From: Octopus sinensis
Lineage: Eukaryota
Direction: 5' to 3'
Assembly (NCBI RefSeq): GCF_006345805.1
Contig: NC_043002.1
Coordinates: 23,188,001-23,252,000 of the forward strand
DNA length: 64,000 nucleotides
Shown: one piece after another, positions 1 through 11,455 of the stretch
Position numbering within the stretch: position 1 is the stretch's first letter
Layout: every line of letters starts with the position of its first letter
Translations under genes and position numbers: made by a program
Notes under the pieces: generated by a model
Databases searched by the model: none
Told to the model about the DNA's origin: nothing
What the model saw: only the letters and a program-made list of their open reading frames with translations

Positions 1-59
1 CGTATGTATGTACATATATATGTATGTCTTTGTGTTTGCACGTATATATATATATATAT

Positions 60-137
<78 letters not shown>

Positions 138-332
138 ATATGCGTTTGTGCGCGCAGGAAAGCCTTCCTTTTTTTCCCTGTCGAGGGCTTACATGACCCT
201 TTATTCGACTATTTTACTTAGTCAATGCATGGTGATCGCCATAAGTTTTAAGCTTATATAAATATACCATTATTATTATTTACACGATTGTAAATCTCGG
301 CGTCGTAATAAAAAAAAACCATATGCACCGAA

Positions 333-376
<44 letters not shown>

Positions 377-413
377 TGTGTTGTGTGTGTATCTATGTGC
401 AAGTATGTATATG

Positions 414-455
<42 letters not shown>
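1..455. repeat. (TA)n/(TG)n/(GA)n microsatellite cluster
   Basis: Direct dinucleotide runs. The ORFs called here (YIYI, VCVC, ERER) are translations of these repeats. Confidence 0.97.
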
Positions 456-458
<3 letters not shown>

Positions 459-849
459 GGAGAGAGATGAAGAGATTTGTTGAGGTTCCAAGCTTTGCCT
501 TGTTAACCAATATGTAGAAGCATGTTTTTACTTCACTGAAAGTTGTTTATGCAATACATTTTGTGTATAATTATTTTTGCAGTTATTGTTTTATTGTAAT
601 GTAAACACATGTGAAAAGCTTAGTGTTTTTCCAGGTTTCTGAGCTGGTGCTTTTTTTCTTCTTGGCTTTTTTAGTTTTTTTTTTCTTTGTACTTGTTTCA
701 CTCGTTGGACTGCGGCCTTGCTGGGGCACCGCCTTGAAGAGTTTTAGTCGAAGAGATCGGTCCCAGTATTTTATTTTAAGTCTTTTATTCTATCGGTTCT
801 TTTGCCGAACAGTTGACTTACAAGGACGTAAACAAACCAACGTTGGCAG

Positions 850-895
<46 letters not shown>

Positions 896-903
896 TATAT
901 ATA

Positions 904-944
<41 letters not shown>

Positions 945-946
<2 letters not shown>

Positions 947-1106
947 CGCAGGAGTGGCTGTATGGTAAAAAACCTGCTTCCCAATCACATGGTCCCGGTT
1001 CAGTCCCACTGAGTGGCACCTTGGGCAAGTGTCTTCTACTATAGCCACGGGCTGACCAAAGCCTTGTGAGTGGATTTGGCAGACGGAAACTGAAAGAAGC
1101 CCGTCG
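945..1106 (+). mobile_element. tRNA-derived SINE family A (octopus OK/OR-type), 5' part
   Basis: GGCGCAGGAGTGGCTG head with A-box-like TGGCTGTATGG and B-box-like GGTTCAGTCCC. The same sequence recurs many times in the window. Confidence 0.85.
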
Positions 1107-1111
1107 TATAT

Positions 1112-1143
<32 letters not shown>

Positions 1144-2757
1144 CACACAACCAGCTTCCATGCAGTTTCCGTCAACTAAATTCACTCACGAGACATTGGT
1201 CGAGTCGGTCGGGCTACAGCATAAAACACTTACCCAAGACGTCGAGCAGAGGGACCGAACCCGTGACCACGTGGCTGCTAAGCTAGCTTCATTACCACAC
1301 TGCCACACTTAGTAATTTTAATTTCTTTGTTTTATTTTATATATTTTCTTGTAACAAATGTTATTCAGAAAACAAAGCATTTGTATTAGAAGAGTGTTTT
1401 ATTCGACGAGAGTTCCGGAGACTGCATTTCCTGTTCTTTTGAAATGGAGATAATGCATGGAATGCAAAGCCAGTTATAATGATTACTTCGATCACATGGG
1501 GCATAAGAATTTTGACCGTTTGTTTTGTAGCTGCATATTGTGAAGAAGGAAAACAAATGTTTGAAGAATATTAAGAACATTTTGTTTTTCTCTTTTTTTT
1601 TTTTTTACTTTTTGGTCAGGAAGGAAGGCGGTGCTATGGCCTTTTGCAGGGCCTCCAAGACTGTTGGAAGGGAGAAAGAGAGGAAAGTATCCTCAAATCG
1701 GAAATCTGGCCCGAATACTTGCAACAGAGTAGACTCTGCTTAAGGCACCGAGAATGCCAGCTGGAGGTATTAAACTGGGCAACGGACCTATAAGTCGTCT
1801 TTGCAGGTCATGGCAGGATTTGGACTCATAATGCAAGAGCCGGAATACTGCAAGGCATCCGATCTGATGGATTGATACCTTTATATCGATCTCCAAAGGG
1901 ATGAAAGGAAAGTAGCCTTCGGCGAAGTTTGAACACGGAGCTCAGAGAATCGGAACAAATTCCGCAAAACATTCTGCCTGAGGCTCTAACGACTCTGATA
2001 GTTTGCCGCCTTTGTTACATTAACGGTAACATAGTTCATGGCAGCTACAGTATGAATAGATACCGGCCCAATACAGATGAATTGGGCTGATACCTATCGA
2101 ATGATGGTAAGCTCGGATATTCCCAAAATTCTCCAAACCATTCATGATTTGTATAAAATCTGAATATAATCCTTAAAAAATATGTAAATAATTTTAACCG
2201 CAAACAACGAACGAATGGTATTTGAAACTACATAACTTTTTGAAGACGTAGTTTTTTTTCTTAAAATAGGAATTTTAATAGCGATGTCAGCCTTCCAAAA
2301 TAAACTGTCGCTATATTTAGTGTGCATTATTATTGACTCAGATGCTGGTAAAACATTTTAAGTAAACATTATTTGATACGAATACAGTCAAATTTAAATG
2401 TCAAACAAGAAACTGTATTTATTGCCTCCTTTGCTATTTGAAACCGCCTTCAGACTTTCTGAAAATATGATTGTTAAGTGAAGTATTTTAATTACCTATT
2501 CAACTCTCTGTACAGTGCTGTAACTATAATTCATCCTCTTCTCAGGACCCCAAAACAATTGCTTGGTACGTCTGTGCAACATACCGCGAAGGTTGCTAGA
2601 ATAATACTGTGGAAGAGATTGTAGTCTCGTGTTTTCTATACGAGATGAGGAGTGTTTTTGTTATCATTTTCTTTATTTGCTTACCATCCACTCCTCAGCA
2701 ACTTTTGCGTAGTCTCCAGGACGACGTGACAAAATACATTATATTAAGTGCAACATA

Positions 2758-2977
2758 GGCGCAGGAGTGGCTGTGTGGTAAGTAGCTTGCTTACCAACCA
2801 CATGGTTCCGGGTTCAGTTCCACTGCGTGGCATCTTGGGCAAGTGTCTTCTACTATAGTCTCGGGCCGACCAAAGCCTTGTGAATGGATTTGGTAGACGG
2901 AAACCCAAAGAAGCCCGTCGTATATATGCATATATATATACATACACACAACACACACACACACACACACACACCAC

Positions 2978-3035
<58 letters not shown>

Positions 3036-3267
3036 GTGTGTGTGTGTGTGTGTATGATTGTGTGTCTGTGTTGTCCCCCTAGCATTGCTTGACAACGGTG
3101 CTGGTGTGTTTATGTCGCCGTCACTTAGCGGCTCGGCAAAAGAGACCGATAGAATAAGTACTGGGCTTAAAAGGAATAAGTCCCGGGGTCGATTTGCTCG
3201 ACTAAAGGCGCTGCTCCAGCATGGCCGCAGTCAAATGACTGAAACAAGTAAAAGAGTAAAAGAGTAA
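2758..3267 (+). mobile_element. SINE family A, full length, with internal (TA)/(CA)/(TG) microsatellite
   Basis: tRNA-like head, internal microsatellite, conserved 3' part ending GACTGAAACAAGTAAAAGAG. Mirrored on the minus strand in the right palindrome arm. Confidence 0.88.
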
Positions 3268-5461
3268 GAGGAAAACAAACATCTCGAGTTTACGTATGTC
3301 ATGTACCACAAAGCGTTGATCGTCATTGAAAATACTGCACAGTCCATTGTTAGCAAGGATCTCGAACAGTAAAGACTACCAGCTCCAGTACGAACGGCAG
3401 TTCGTACTGTGACATTAAAAAAAACTGTAACAGTACATTCACTAAAATAAATTACTCTCAGTTCCAGATAGATAACGCTTATGCCAGGCTCAAGAAGACT
3501 AATACTATCTGGCCTGGTAGAAAAAGTTTCCTTTGATGCTTTGAGCGAAACAAATGCAAATTTGCTCATCAACTGTACTTGATAAAAAATTCGTTCCCTT
3601 AACAGATTGTTATGACAGTGGTCTCATCTGGGACAGTTATAACTTTACATACATATGACACAACTGCTCATTCTCCTTTTAAGCCATCACTCAACCTTAC
3701 ACACAAATGACACTCCCGTGTGTAGCACAGACAGAAGTTCTAAAGCAGGTCAAACTGAAAGTATGAGTGTACAACGTCTCACAGACTTGTATTTGAGGCT
3801 CTAAATTGCACCTGAGATTACACAAAACAATAAGTGGAGTTACACTTTACTAGTTCAGGGAAACTCTGCCTGTCATTGAAAGGGTACAAGATGAGCTGAG
3901 AGGATGCCTCAAGAAACCAACAATTGTAGATTAGAAGGAAAACTTAATCTTTCTACCGACACGAGAGTAGCACTTAACAGAGCCGTCTCAGTCGCCAAGT
4001 TTGCTAAAGTTTTAATTTAGCTGGGAATAATTGTGAGTTTACCAGAGTATGGAGAATTGAAAATAAAATTTTAAAAAGTGAAACGATCTTCAAGATATCT
4101 TTGCTACTGAAAGTACTCTCACAGGATTATTCTGTGAGAGTAAACTTTCAGTAGCAAAGATATCTTGAAGATCGTTTCACTTTTTAAAATTTTATTTTCA
4201 ATTCTCCATACTCTGGTAAACTCACAATTATTCCCAGCTAAATTAAAACTTTAGCAAACTTGGCGACTGAGACGGCTCTGTTAAGTGCTACTCTCGTGTC
4301 GGTAGAAAGATTAAGTTTTCCTTCTAATCTACAATTGTTGGTTTCTTGAGGCATCCTCTCAGCTCATCTTGTACCCTTTCAAATGACAGGCAGAGTTTCC
4401 CTGAAACTAGTAAAGTGTAACTCCACTTATGTTGTTTGTGTAATCTCAGGTGCAATTTAGAGCCTCAAATACAAGTCTGTGAGACGTTGTACACTCATAC
4501 TTTCAGTTTGACCTGCTTTAGAACTTCTGTCTGTGCTACACACGGGAGTGTCATTTGTGTGTAAGGTTGAGTGATGGCTTAAAAGGAGAATGAGCAGTTG
4601 TGTCATATGTATGTAAAGTTATAACTGTCCCAGATGAGACCACTGTCATAACAATCTGTTAAGGGAACGAATTTTTTATCAAGTACAGTTGATGAGCAAA
4701 TTTGCATTTGTTTCGCTCAAAGCATCAAAGGAAACTTTTTCTACCAGGCCAGATAGTATTAGTCTTCTTGAGCCTGGCATAAGCGTTATCTATCTGGAAC
4801 TGAGAGTAATTTATTTTAGTGAATGTACTGTTACAGTTTTTTTTAATGTCACAGTACGAACTGCCGTTCGTACTGGAGCTGGTAGTCTTTACTGTTCGAG
4901 ATCCTTGCTAACAATGGACTGTGCAGTATTTTCAATGACGATCAACGCTTTGTGGTACATGACATACGTAAACTCGAGAGTTTGTTTTCCTCTTACTCTT
5001 TTACTCTTTTACTTGTTTCAGTCATTTGACTGCGGCCATGTGGAGCAGCGCCTTTAGTCGAGCAAATCGACCCCGGGACTTATTCCTTTTAAGCCCAGTA
5101 CTTATTCTATCGGTCTCTTTTGCCGAGCCGCTAAGTGACGGCGACATAAACACACCAGCACCGGTTGTCAAGCAATGCTAGGGGGACAAACACAGACACA
5201 CAATCATACACACACACACACCACACACACACACACACACAACACACACACACATATATATATATATTATTATATATTATAATATATATATATATATTAG
5301 TTATCGCCATACTAATATGGCATCTTATTAAAAATAAGAAAAAAGCTGACCGCTTATTAGCTCCATGAGGCCATCGCCTTAAGTTAGCTATTGATACACA
5401 AACTGTATCCATATAACCTTTGAACAAGGGAGGTCAGTCGCTCCACACTACTTGGCCGGCA

Positions 5462-5503
5462 GCTACAGACGCGTTTCGGGGTATTGCCCCTTTTCAATGC
5501 AGC
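5462..5503 (-). ncRNA. Type I hammerhead ribozyme (U3-A8 variant), inverted copy
   Basis: Exact reverse complement of the motif in the direct units. Confidence 0.78.
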
Positions 5504-5673
5504 GTAGCCAAACCAGTAGGTGTCGCTTCCGACAATCTCTGTTCAAAGGTTATAGAGAGACTTAGTATTTTAATATTTCTATTATTGAAAACAAGTGGAT
5601 GTATTCCACCGAAGCTAGGTAAATAAAACCTTTGAACAGAGATTGTCGGAAGGGACACCACTGGTTTGGCTAC

Positions 5674-5715
5674 GCTGCATTGAAAAGGGGCAATACCCCG
5701 AAACGCGTCTGTAGC
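5674..5715 (+). ncRNA. Type I hammerhead ribozyme (U3-A8 variant), unit 1; predicted cleavage after C5709
   Basis: GCUGCA [stem I] UUGAAAA [core] GGGG-CAAUA-CCCC [stem II] GAAA C-GC-G [stem III, palindrome ACGCGU] UC, then UGUAGC [stem I']. Confidence 0.82.
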
Positions 5716-6037
5716 TGCGGCCAAGTAGTGTGGAGCGACTGACCTCCCTTGTTCAAAGGTTATATGGATACAGTTTGTGTATCAAATAGCTAACTTAAGG
5801 CGATGGCCTCATGGAGCTAATAAGCGGTCAGCTTTTTTCTTATTTTTATAAGAATGCCATATTAGTATGGCGATAACTAATATTTTCTGGGAACGCTGCC
5901 GTTGTTCTCTTTTAGAGAGAGACTTAGTAATTTTAATATTTCTATTATTGAAAACAAGTGGATGTATTCCACCGAAGCTAGGTAAATAAAACCTTTGAAC
6001 AGAGATTGTCGGAAGCGACACCTACTGGTTTGGCTAC

Positions 6038-6079
6038 GCTGCATTGAAAAGGGGCAATACCCCGAAACGCGTCTGTAGC
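6038..6079 (+). ncRNA. Type I hammerhead ribozyme (U3-A8 variant), unit 2
   Basis: Identical motif to unit 1. Confidence 0.82.
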
Positions 6080-6396
6080 TGCCGGCCAAGTAGTGTGGAG
6101 CGACTGACCTCCCTTGTTCAAAGGTTATATGGATACAGTTTGTGTATCAAATAGCTAACTTAAGGCGATGGCCTCATGGAGCTAATAAGGTCAGCTTTTT
6201 TTTATTTTATAAGAATGCCATATTAGTATGGCGATAACTAATATTTTCTGGGAACGCTGCCGTTGTTCTCTTTTAGAGAGACTTAGTAATTTTAATATTT
6301 CTATTATTGAAAACAAGTGGATGTATTCCACCGAAGCTAGGTAAATAAAACCTTTGAACAGAGATTGTCGGAAGCGACACCTACTGGTTTGGCTAC

Positions 6397-6438
6397 GCTG
6401 CATTGAAAAGGGGCAATACCCCGAAACGCGTCTGTAGC
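6397..6438 (+). ncRNA. Type I hammerhead ribozyme (U3-A8 variant), unit 3
   Basis: Identical motif to unit 1. Confidence 0.82.
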
Positions 6439-6754
6439 TGCCGGCCAAGTAGTGTGGAGCGACTGACTCCCTTGTTCAAAGGTTATATGGATACAGTTTG
6501 TGTATCAAATAGCTAACTTAAGGCGATGGCCTCATGGAGCTAATAAGCGGTCAGCTTTTCTATTTTTATAAGAATGCCATATTAGTATGGCGATAACTAA
6601 TATTTTCTGGGAACGCTGCCGTGTTCTCTTTTAGAGAGACTTAGTAATTTTAATATTTCTATTATTGAAAACAAGTGGATGTATTCCACCGAAGCTAGGT
6701 AATATAAAACCTTTGAACAGAGATTGTCGGAAGCGACACCTACTGGTTGGCTAC

Positions 6755-6796
6755 GCTGCATTGAAAAGGGGCAATACCCCGAAACGCGTCTGTAGC
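6755..6796 (+). ncRNA. Type I hammerhead ribozyme (U3-A8 variant), unit 4
   Basis: Identical motif to unit 1. Confidence 0.82.
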
Positions 6797-7115
6797 TGCC
6801 GGCCAAGTAGTGTGGAGCGACTGACCTCCCTTGTTCAAAGGTTATATGGATACAGTTGTGTATCAAATAGCTAACTTAAGGCGATGGCCTCATGGAGCTA
6901 ATAAGCGGTCAGCTTTTTTCTTATTTTTATAAGAATGCCATATTAGTATGGCGATAACTAATATTTTCTGGGAACGCTGCCGTTGTTCTCTTTTAGAGAG
7001 ACTTAGTAATTTTAATATTCTATTATTGAAAACAAGTGGATGTATTCCACCGAAGCTAGGTAAATAAAACCTTTGAACAGAGATTGTCGGAAGCGACACC
7101 TACTGGTTTGGCTAC

Positions 7116-7157
7116 GCTGCATTGAAAAGGGGCAATACCCCGAAACGCGTCTGTAGC
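7116..7157 (+). ncRNA. Type I hammerhead ribozyme (U3-A8 variant), unit 5
   Basis: Identical motif to unit 1. Confidence 0.82.
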
Positions 7158-7475
7158 TGCCGGCCAAGTAGTGTGGAGCGACTGACCTCCCTTGTTCAAA
7201 GGTTATATGGATACAGTTTGTGTATCAAATAGCTAACTTAGGCGATGGCCTCATGGAGCTAATAAGCGGTCAGCTTTTTTCTTATTTTTATAAGAATGCC
7301 ATATTAGTATGGCGATAACTAATATTTTCTGGGAACGCTGCCGTTGTTCTCTTTTGAGAGACTTAGTAATTTTAATATTTCTATTATTGAAAACAAGTGG
7401 ATGTATTCCACCGAAGCTAGGTAAATAAAACCTTTGAACAGAGATTTCGGAAGCGACACCTACTGGTTTGGCTAC

Positions 7476-7517
7476 GCTGCATTGAAAAGGGGCAATACCC
7501 CGAAACGCGTCTGTAGC
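7476..7517 (+). ncRNA. Type I hammerhead ribozyme (U3-A8 variant), unit 6
   Basis: Identical motif to unit 1. Confidence 0.82.
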
Positions 7518-7837
7518 TGCCGGCCAAGTAGTGTGGAGCGACTGACCTCCCTTGTTCAAAGGTTATATGGATAAGTTTGTGTATCAAATAGCTAACTAAG
7601 GCGATGGCCTCATGGAGCTAATAAGCGGTCAGCTTTTTTCTTATTTTTATAAGAATGCCATATTAGTATGGCGAGATAACTAATTTTTCTGGGAACGCTG
7701 CCGTTGTTCTCTTTTAGAGAGACTTAGTAATTTTAAATTTTCTATTATTGAAAACAAGTGGATGTATTCCACCGAAGCTAGGTAAATAAAACCTTTGAAC
7801 AGAGATTGTCGGAAGCGACACCTACTGGTTTGGCTAC

Positions 7838-7879
7838 GCTGCATTGAAAAGGGGCAATACCCCGAAACGCGTCTGTAGC
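7838..7879 (+). ncRNA. Type I hammerhead ribozyme (U3-A8 variant), unit 7
   Basis: Identical motif to unit 1. Confidence 0.82.
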
Positions 7880-9469
7880 TGCCGGCCAAGTAGTGTGGAG
7901 CGACTGACCTCCCTTGTTCAAAGGTTATATGGATACAGTTTGTGTATCAAATAGCTAACTTAAGGCGATGGCCTCATGGAGCTAATAAGCGGTCAGCTTT
8001 TTTCTTATTTTTATAAGAATGCCATATTAGTATGGCGATAACTAATATTTTCTGGGAACGCTGCCGTTGTTCTCTTTTAGAGAGACTTAGTAATTTTAAT
8101 ATTTCTATTATATATATATATATATATCTATATATATATGTTGTGTGTGTGTGTGTGTGTGTGTTGTGTTGTTGTGTATGTATATATATATGCATATATA
8201 CGACGGGCTTCTTTGGGTTTCCGTCTACCAAATCCATTCACAGGCTTTGGTCGGCCCGAGACTATAGTAGAAGACACTGCCCAAGATGCCACGCAGTGGA
8301 ACTGAACCCGGAACCATGTGGTTGGTAAGCAAGCTACTTCCCACACAGCCACTCCTGCGCCTATGTTGCACTTAATATATGTATTTTGTCACGTCGTCCT
8401 GGAGACTACGCAAAAGTTGCTGAGGAGTGGATGGTAAGCAAATAAAGAAAATGATAACAAAAACACTCCTCATCTCGTATAGAAAACACGAGACTACAAT
8501 CTCTTCCAAGTATTATTCTAGCAACCTTCGCGGTATGTTGCACAGACGTACCAAGCAATTGTTTTGGGGTCCTGAGAAGAGGATGAATTATAGTTACAGC
8601 ACTGTACAGAGAGTTGAATAGGTAATTAAAATACTTCACTTAACAATCATATTTTCAGAAAGTCTGAAGGCGGTTTCAAATAGCAAAGGAGGCAATAAAA
8701 CAGTTTCTTGTTTGACATTTAATTTGACTGTATTCGTATCAATAATGTTTACTTAAAATGTTTTACCAGCATCTGAGTCAATAATAATGCACACTAAATA
8801 TAGCGACAGTTTATTTTGGAAGGCTGACATCGCTATTAAAATTCCTATTTTAAGAAAAAAAACTACGTCTTCAAAAAGTTATGTAGTTTCAAATACCATT
8901 CGTTCGTTGTTTGCGGTTAAAATTATTTACATATTTTTTAAGGATTATATTCAGATTTTATACTTTATGCTGATAAAAGTAGAATACCTGAGTGCAGATA
9001 GTTATAAAATCTAAAATATATCCAAATTTTATATGAGCACAAACTTGTATACATGCACCTTAACTTACATACATAGTGACATATACTTATAGTGACATAC
9101 AGAGTAAACAGTCGACGATCTACTCTGGTGTTGTTTGTTCGTTCGAAGTCCTAACTCTCCATAAATTTTATATTTTTAAAATTTCTGGATGCTGCTGTCT
9201 TATGAAGTTTTCCCGTCTTGTCGTTGAAAGCTCTAAACAAGTATTAATAAACGGCCGACAAATGAGAAGGAATTAGACTTCCTTTAGTATTTTGTCCTGT
9301 ACTTATCTCTGTGTGTTTACGTATTTTTCACTCTTTCGTGATATCCTGTATTTAATGTGTATCTTTTTTTGTATTTATTTAGTATTTATCTCTCGTGTGT
9401 TTACATAATCTCTCGCTGATGATGCCCTGTAATTAATGTGTATTTTTAATTATTTTTAATTGAACGCCA

Positions 9470-9835
9470 CGCAGACTTTGTCAACAGTAAGATTTTCACT
9501 GAAGATTTAGGTATGAGATGTGTGTCTGCCAAGTTTGTGCCGAAACTACTTTCAGCTAACCAAAAAGACACTCAGATTTCAGTTACACAAGATCTCTTTG
9601 ATTCTGTTGAGAACGATGAAAACATTTTGAAAACTTTGAGTAAACCTCTGAGCAGATATTACCAAGCTTTTAGCAAATTTTGATGCAGATTCTCTGCTCA
9701 GCTTTCTCTGCCATGGTCAATGTGACGATCACACGCTACACACTTTTCTTCCAAGCACTGCTGTAAACAGCAGCAGTAAGCTAGAACGTTACAACTTGGT
9801 GCGTATGCACAGTAGAGTTTAAGGTCAATGTGCGA
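9470..9835 (+). mobile_element. Fragment of the mariner-derived element family also found at 10611-11455
   Basis: Reverse-complement match to ~10690-11020. Encodes TEDLGMRCVSAKFVPKLL, a mariner WVPxxL-like region. Confidence 0.7.
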
Positions 9836-10610
9836 TGTGTGTGTATAAGACAAGCTTCTTTCAGTTTTTGTCTAACAAATCCACTCACAAGTCTTTGGCC
9901 AACACGAGGCTATAGTAGAAAACACTTGTTCAAGGTGTCACGTAGTGTGACTGAACCCGGAACCATGTGACTCTGAAGCAAACATCTCACCACACAGCCA
10001 CGCTTGCACCTTTAATATGGATGATAGCTTTTAAAAAAAAATTGCTAACTGCCTTAGGTGCCTTCGTAGACGCGAACAGGCATAAATTCTATGGCTTAAA
10101 ATATTTTTTTAAATCACGGCTTCAGCTGGTTCAGCTCCTATCAAGTGTTAACAATACAAACAACTCCAGCTGCCGCAAAACCTAAGTATGTTTACATTCC
10201 GTTACGTCAATCCAGCGGTTTCGAACCCGGATCTTATGTTCTAGTTTGTGTATGTATGTGTGTGATGGTGGTTGTTAGATGTGCACGCATGTGTGTGCGT
10301 GTGCTTGGTTGTGTTGATATGTATTATCTTTGTGTTGAAGTGTCTATGTGTGTGTATGTATGTATGAATGTGTGTATTTGTATATGAGATCCTGTGTATA
10401 TGTGGGTGAATATGTGGGCTTATGTATTAGTAAACATGCTTGTATGTGTGTATATAACTCTTTATGTATGCGCATGACTACGATTCTATGAGACTGCATG
10501 TGTGCGTGTATGTGTGCGTGTTTGAGTTTGTATATGTGCGCGTGTGCGAGCGTATAACTAGTGCATGTTGGTCATATGTGTATAAGCGTGTCTGTGACTG
10601 TTTACGTATA

Positions 10611-11455
10611 CGTGATCTGATCAATAAGTATCCGGACTGTTGTAATAGTAACGGAACTAAAGCACGCAGAGCAAAACCGCTTTGCAAAGATTGACCTTAA
10701 ACTCTACTGTGCATGCGCACCAAGTTTTAACGTTCTAGCTTACTGCTGCTGTTTACAGCAGTGCTTGGAAGAAAAGTGTGTAGCGTGTGATCGTCATATT
10801 GACCTTGACAGAGAAAGTTGAGCTGAGAATCTGCATCAAAATTTTCTAAAAGCGATATCTGCTCAGAGACCTACTCAAAGTTTTCAAAATGTTTTCATCG
10901 TTCTCAACATATTCAAAGAGATCTTGTGTAACTGAAATCCGAGTGTCTTTTTGATAGCTGAAAGCAGTTTTGGCACAAACTTGGCAGACACGCGTCTCAT
11001 ACCCAAATCTTCAGTGACAATGGACTGAACTGAACCGGATGGTAATTCTACGATTTCTCTTCACAGCTACACGCACATCTGCGATGTTTTTCCAATTCTG
11101 CTGGCTGCATGTCTACCAGAATATTCTTCAATATCGATATTTTGCGGCCATCTTGGAAACATCTGAACCACTTGTACACATCTGTGCGGCTCATACACTC
11201 CTCTCCATACATTTTCTGCAACTTTGCTTTGGCCTCTGGGCAGGTATTGCCATGAAAACTTTCTCTGTCACGGTCAATGCGACGATCACACACTACACAC
11301 CTTCCTTCCAAGTACTGCCTTAAACAGCGAAAGTGAACTAGAACATAAAAACTTAGTGCACATGCACAGCAAAGTTCAAGGCCAAACGACTTCACTCTGC
11401 GTACTTTGGCTTCGTTACTATTGCAACAGTCCGGATACTTATTGATCAGACCTCG
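10611..11455 (-). mobile_element. Non-autonomous mariner derivative with TIRs and TA TSD
   Basis: TA|CGTGATCTGATCAATAAGTATCCGGACTGTTG ... CAACAGTCCGGATACTTATTGATCAGACCTCG|TA. Minus strand encodes transposase N-terminal remnants (KLQKMYGEECMSRTDVYKWF; DLGMRRVSAKFVPKLL). Confidence 0.85.

Larger units (their letters stand above)
5294..8111 (+). mobile_element. Tandem array of ~361-bp hammerhead-containing units (~7.1 direct copies, 5555-8111) preceded by an inverted partial unit (5294-5551); retrozyme-like / Penelope pLTR-like insertion in (TA)n
   Basis: HHR motif recurs at 5674, 6038, 6397, 6755, 7116, 7476 and 7838 (spacing 358-364 bp), with an inverted copy at 5462-5503. (TA)n on both sides. 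Confidence 0.88.
2151..8963. repeat. ~2-kb near-perfect inverted duplication: left arm 2151-4124, 7-nt loop GATTATT at 4125-4131, right arm 4132-~5296 plus ~8112-8963, interrupted by the HHR array
   Basis: Arms are reverse complements, e.g. CTCTCACAG/CTGTGAGAG at the centre and GTATAAAATCTGAATATAATCC/GGATTATATTCAGATTTTATAC at the outer ends. ORF pairs 2142/8787 and 3231/4689 are mirror images. Confidence 0.95.

Noticed and set aside
3231-5057. Duplicated 113-122-aa ORF MMSKFAFVSLKASKE
   Set aside because: It is a product of the palindrome with no recognisable motif. The opposite strand looks at most like a decayed LINE fragment.
5555-8111. CRISPR-like or rDNA/5S tandem array
   Set aside because: No unique spacers and no rRNA or tRNA similarity. 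The units are whole-length duplicates in a eukaryotic context.
5165-8237. Recurrent short ORFs in the tandem array (e.g. ILVIAILIWHSYKNKKKADRLLAP)
   Set aside because: They recur only because of the repeat. Frames shift between copies and no domain is recognisable.
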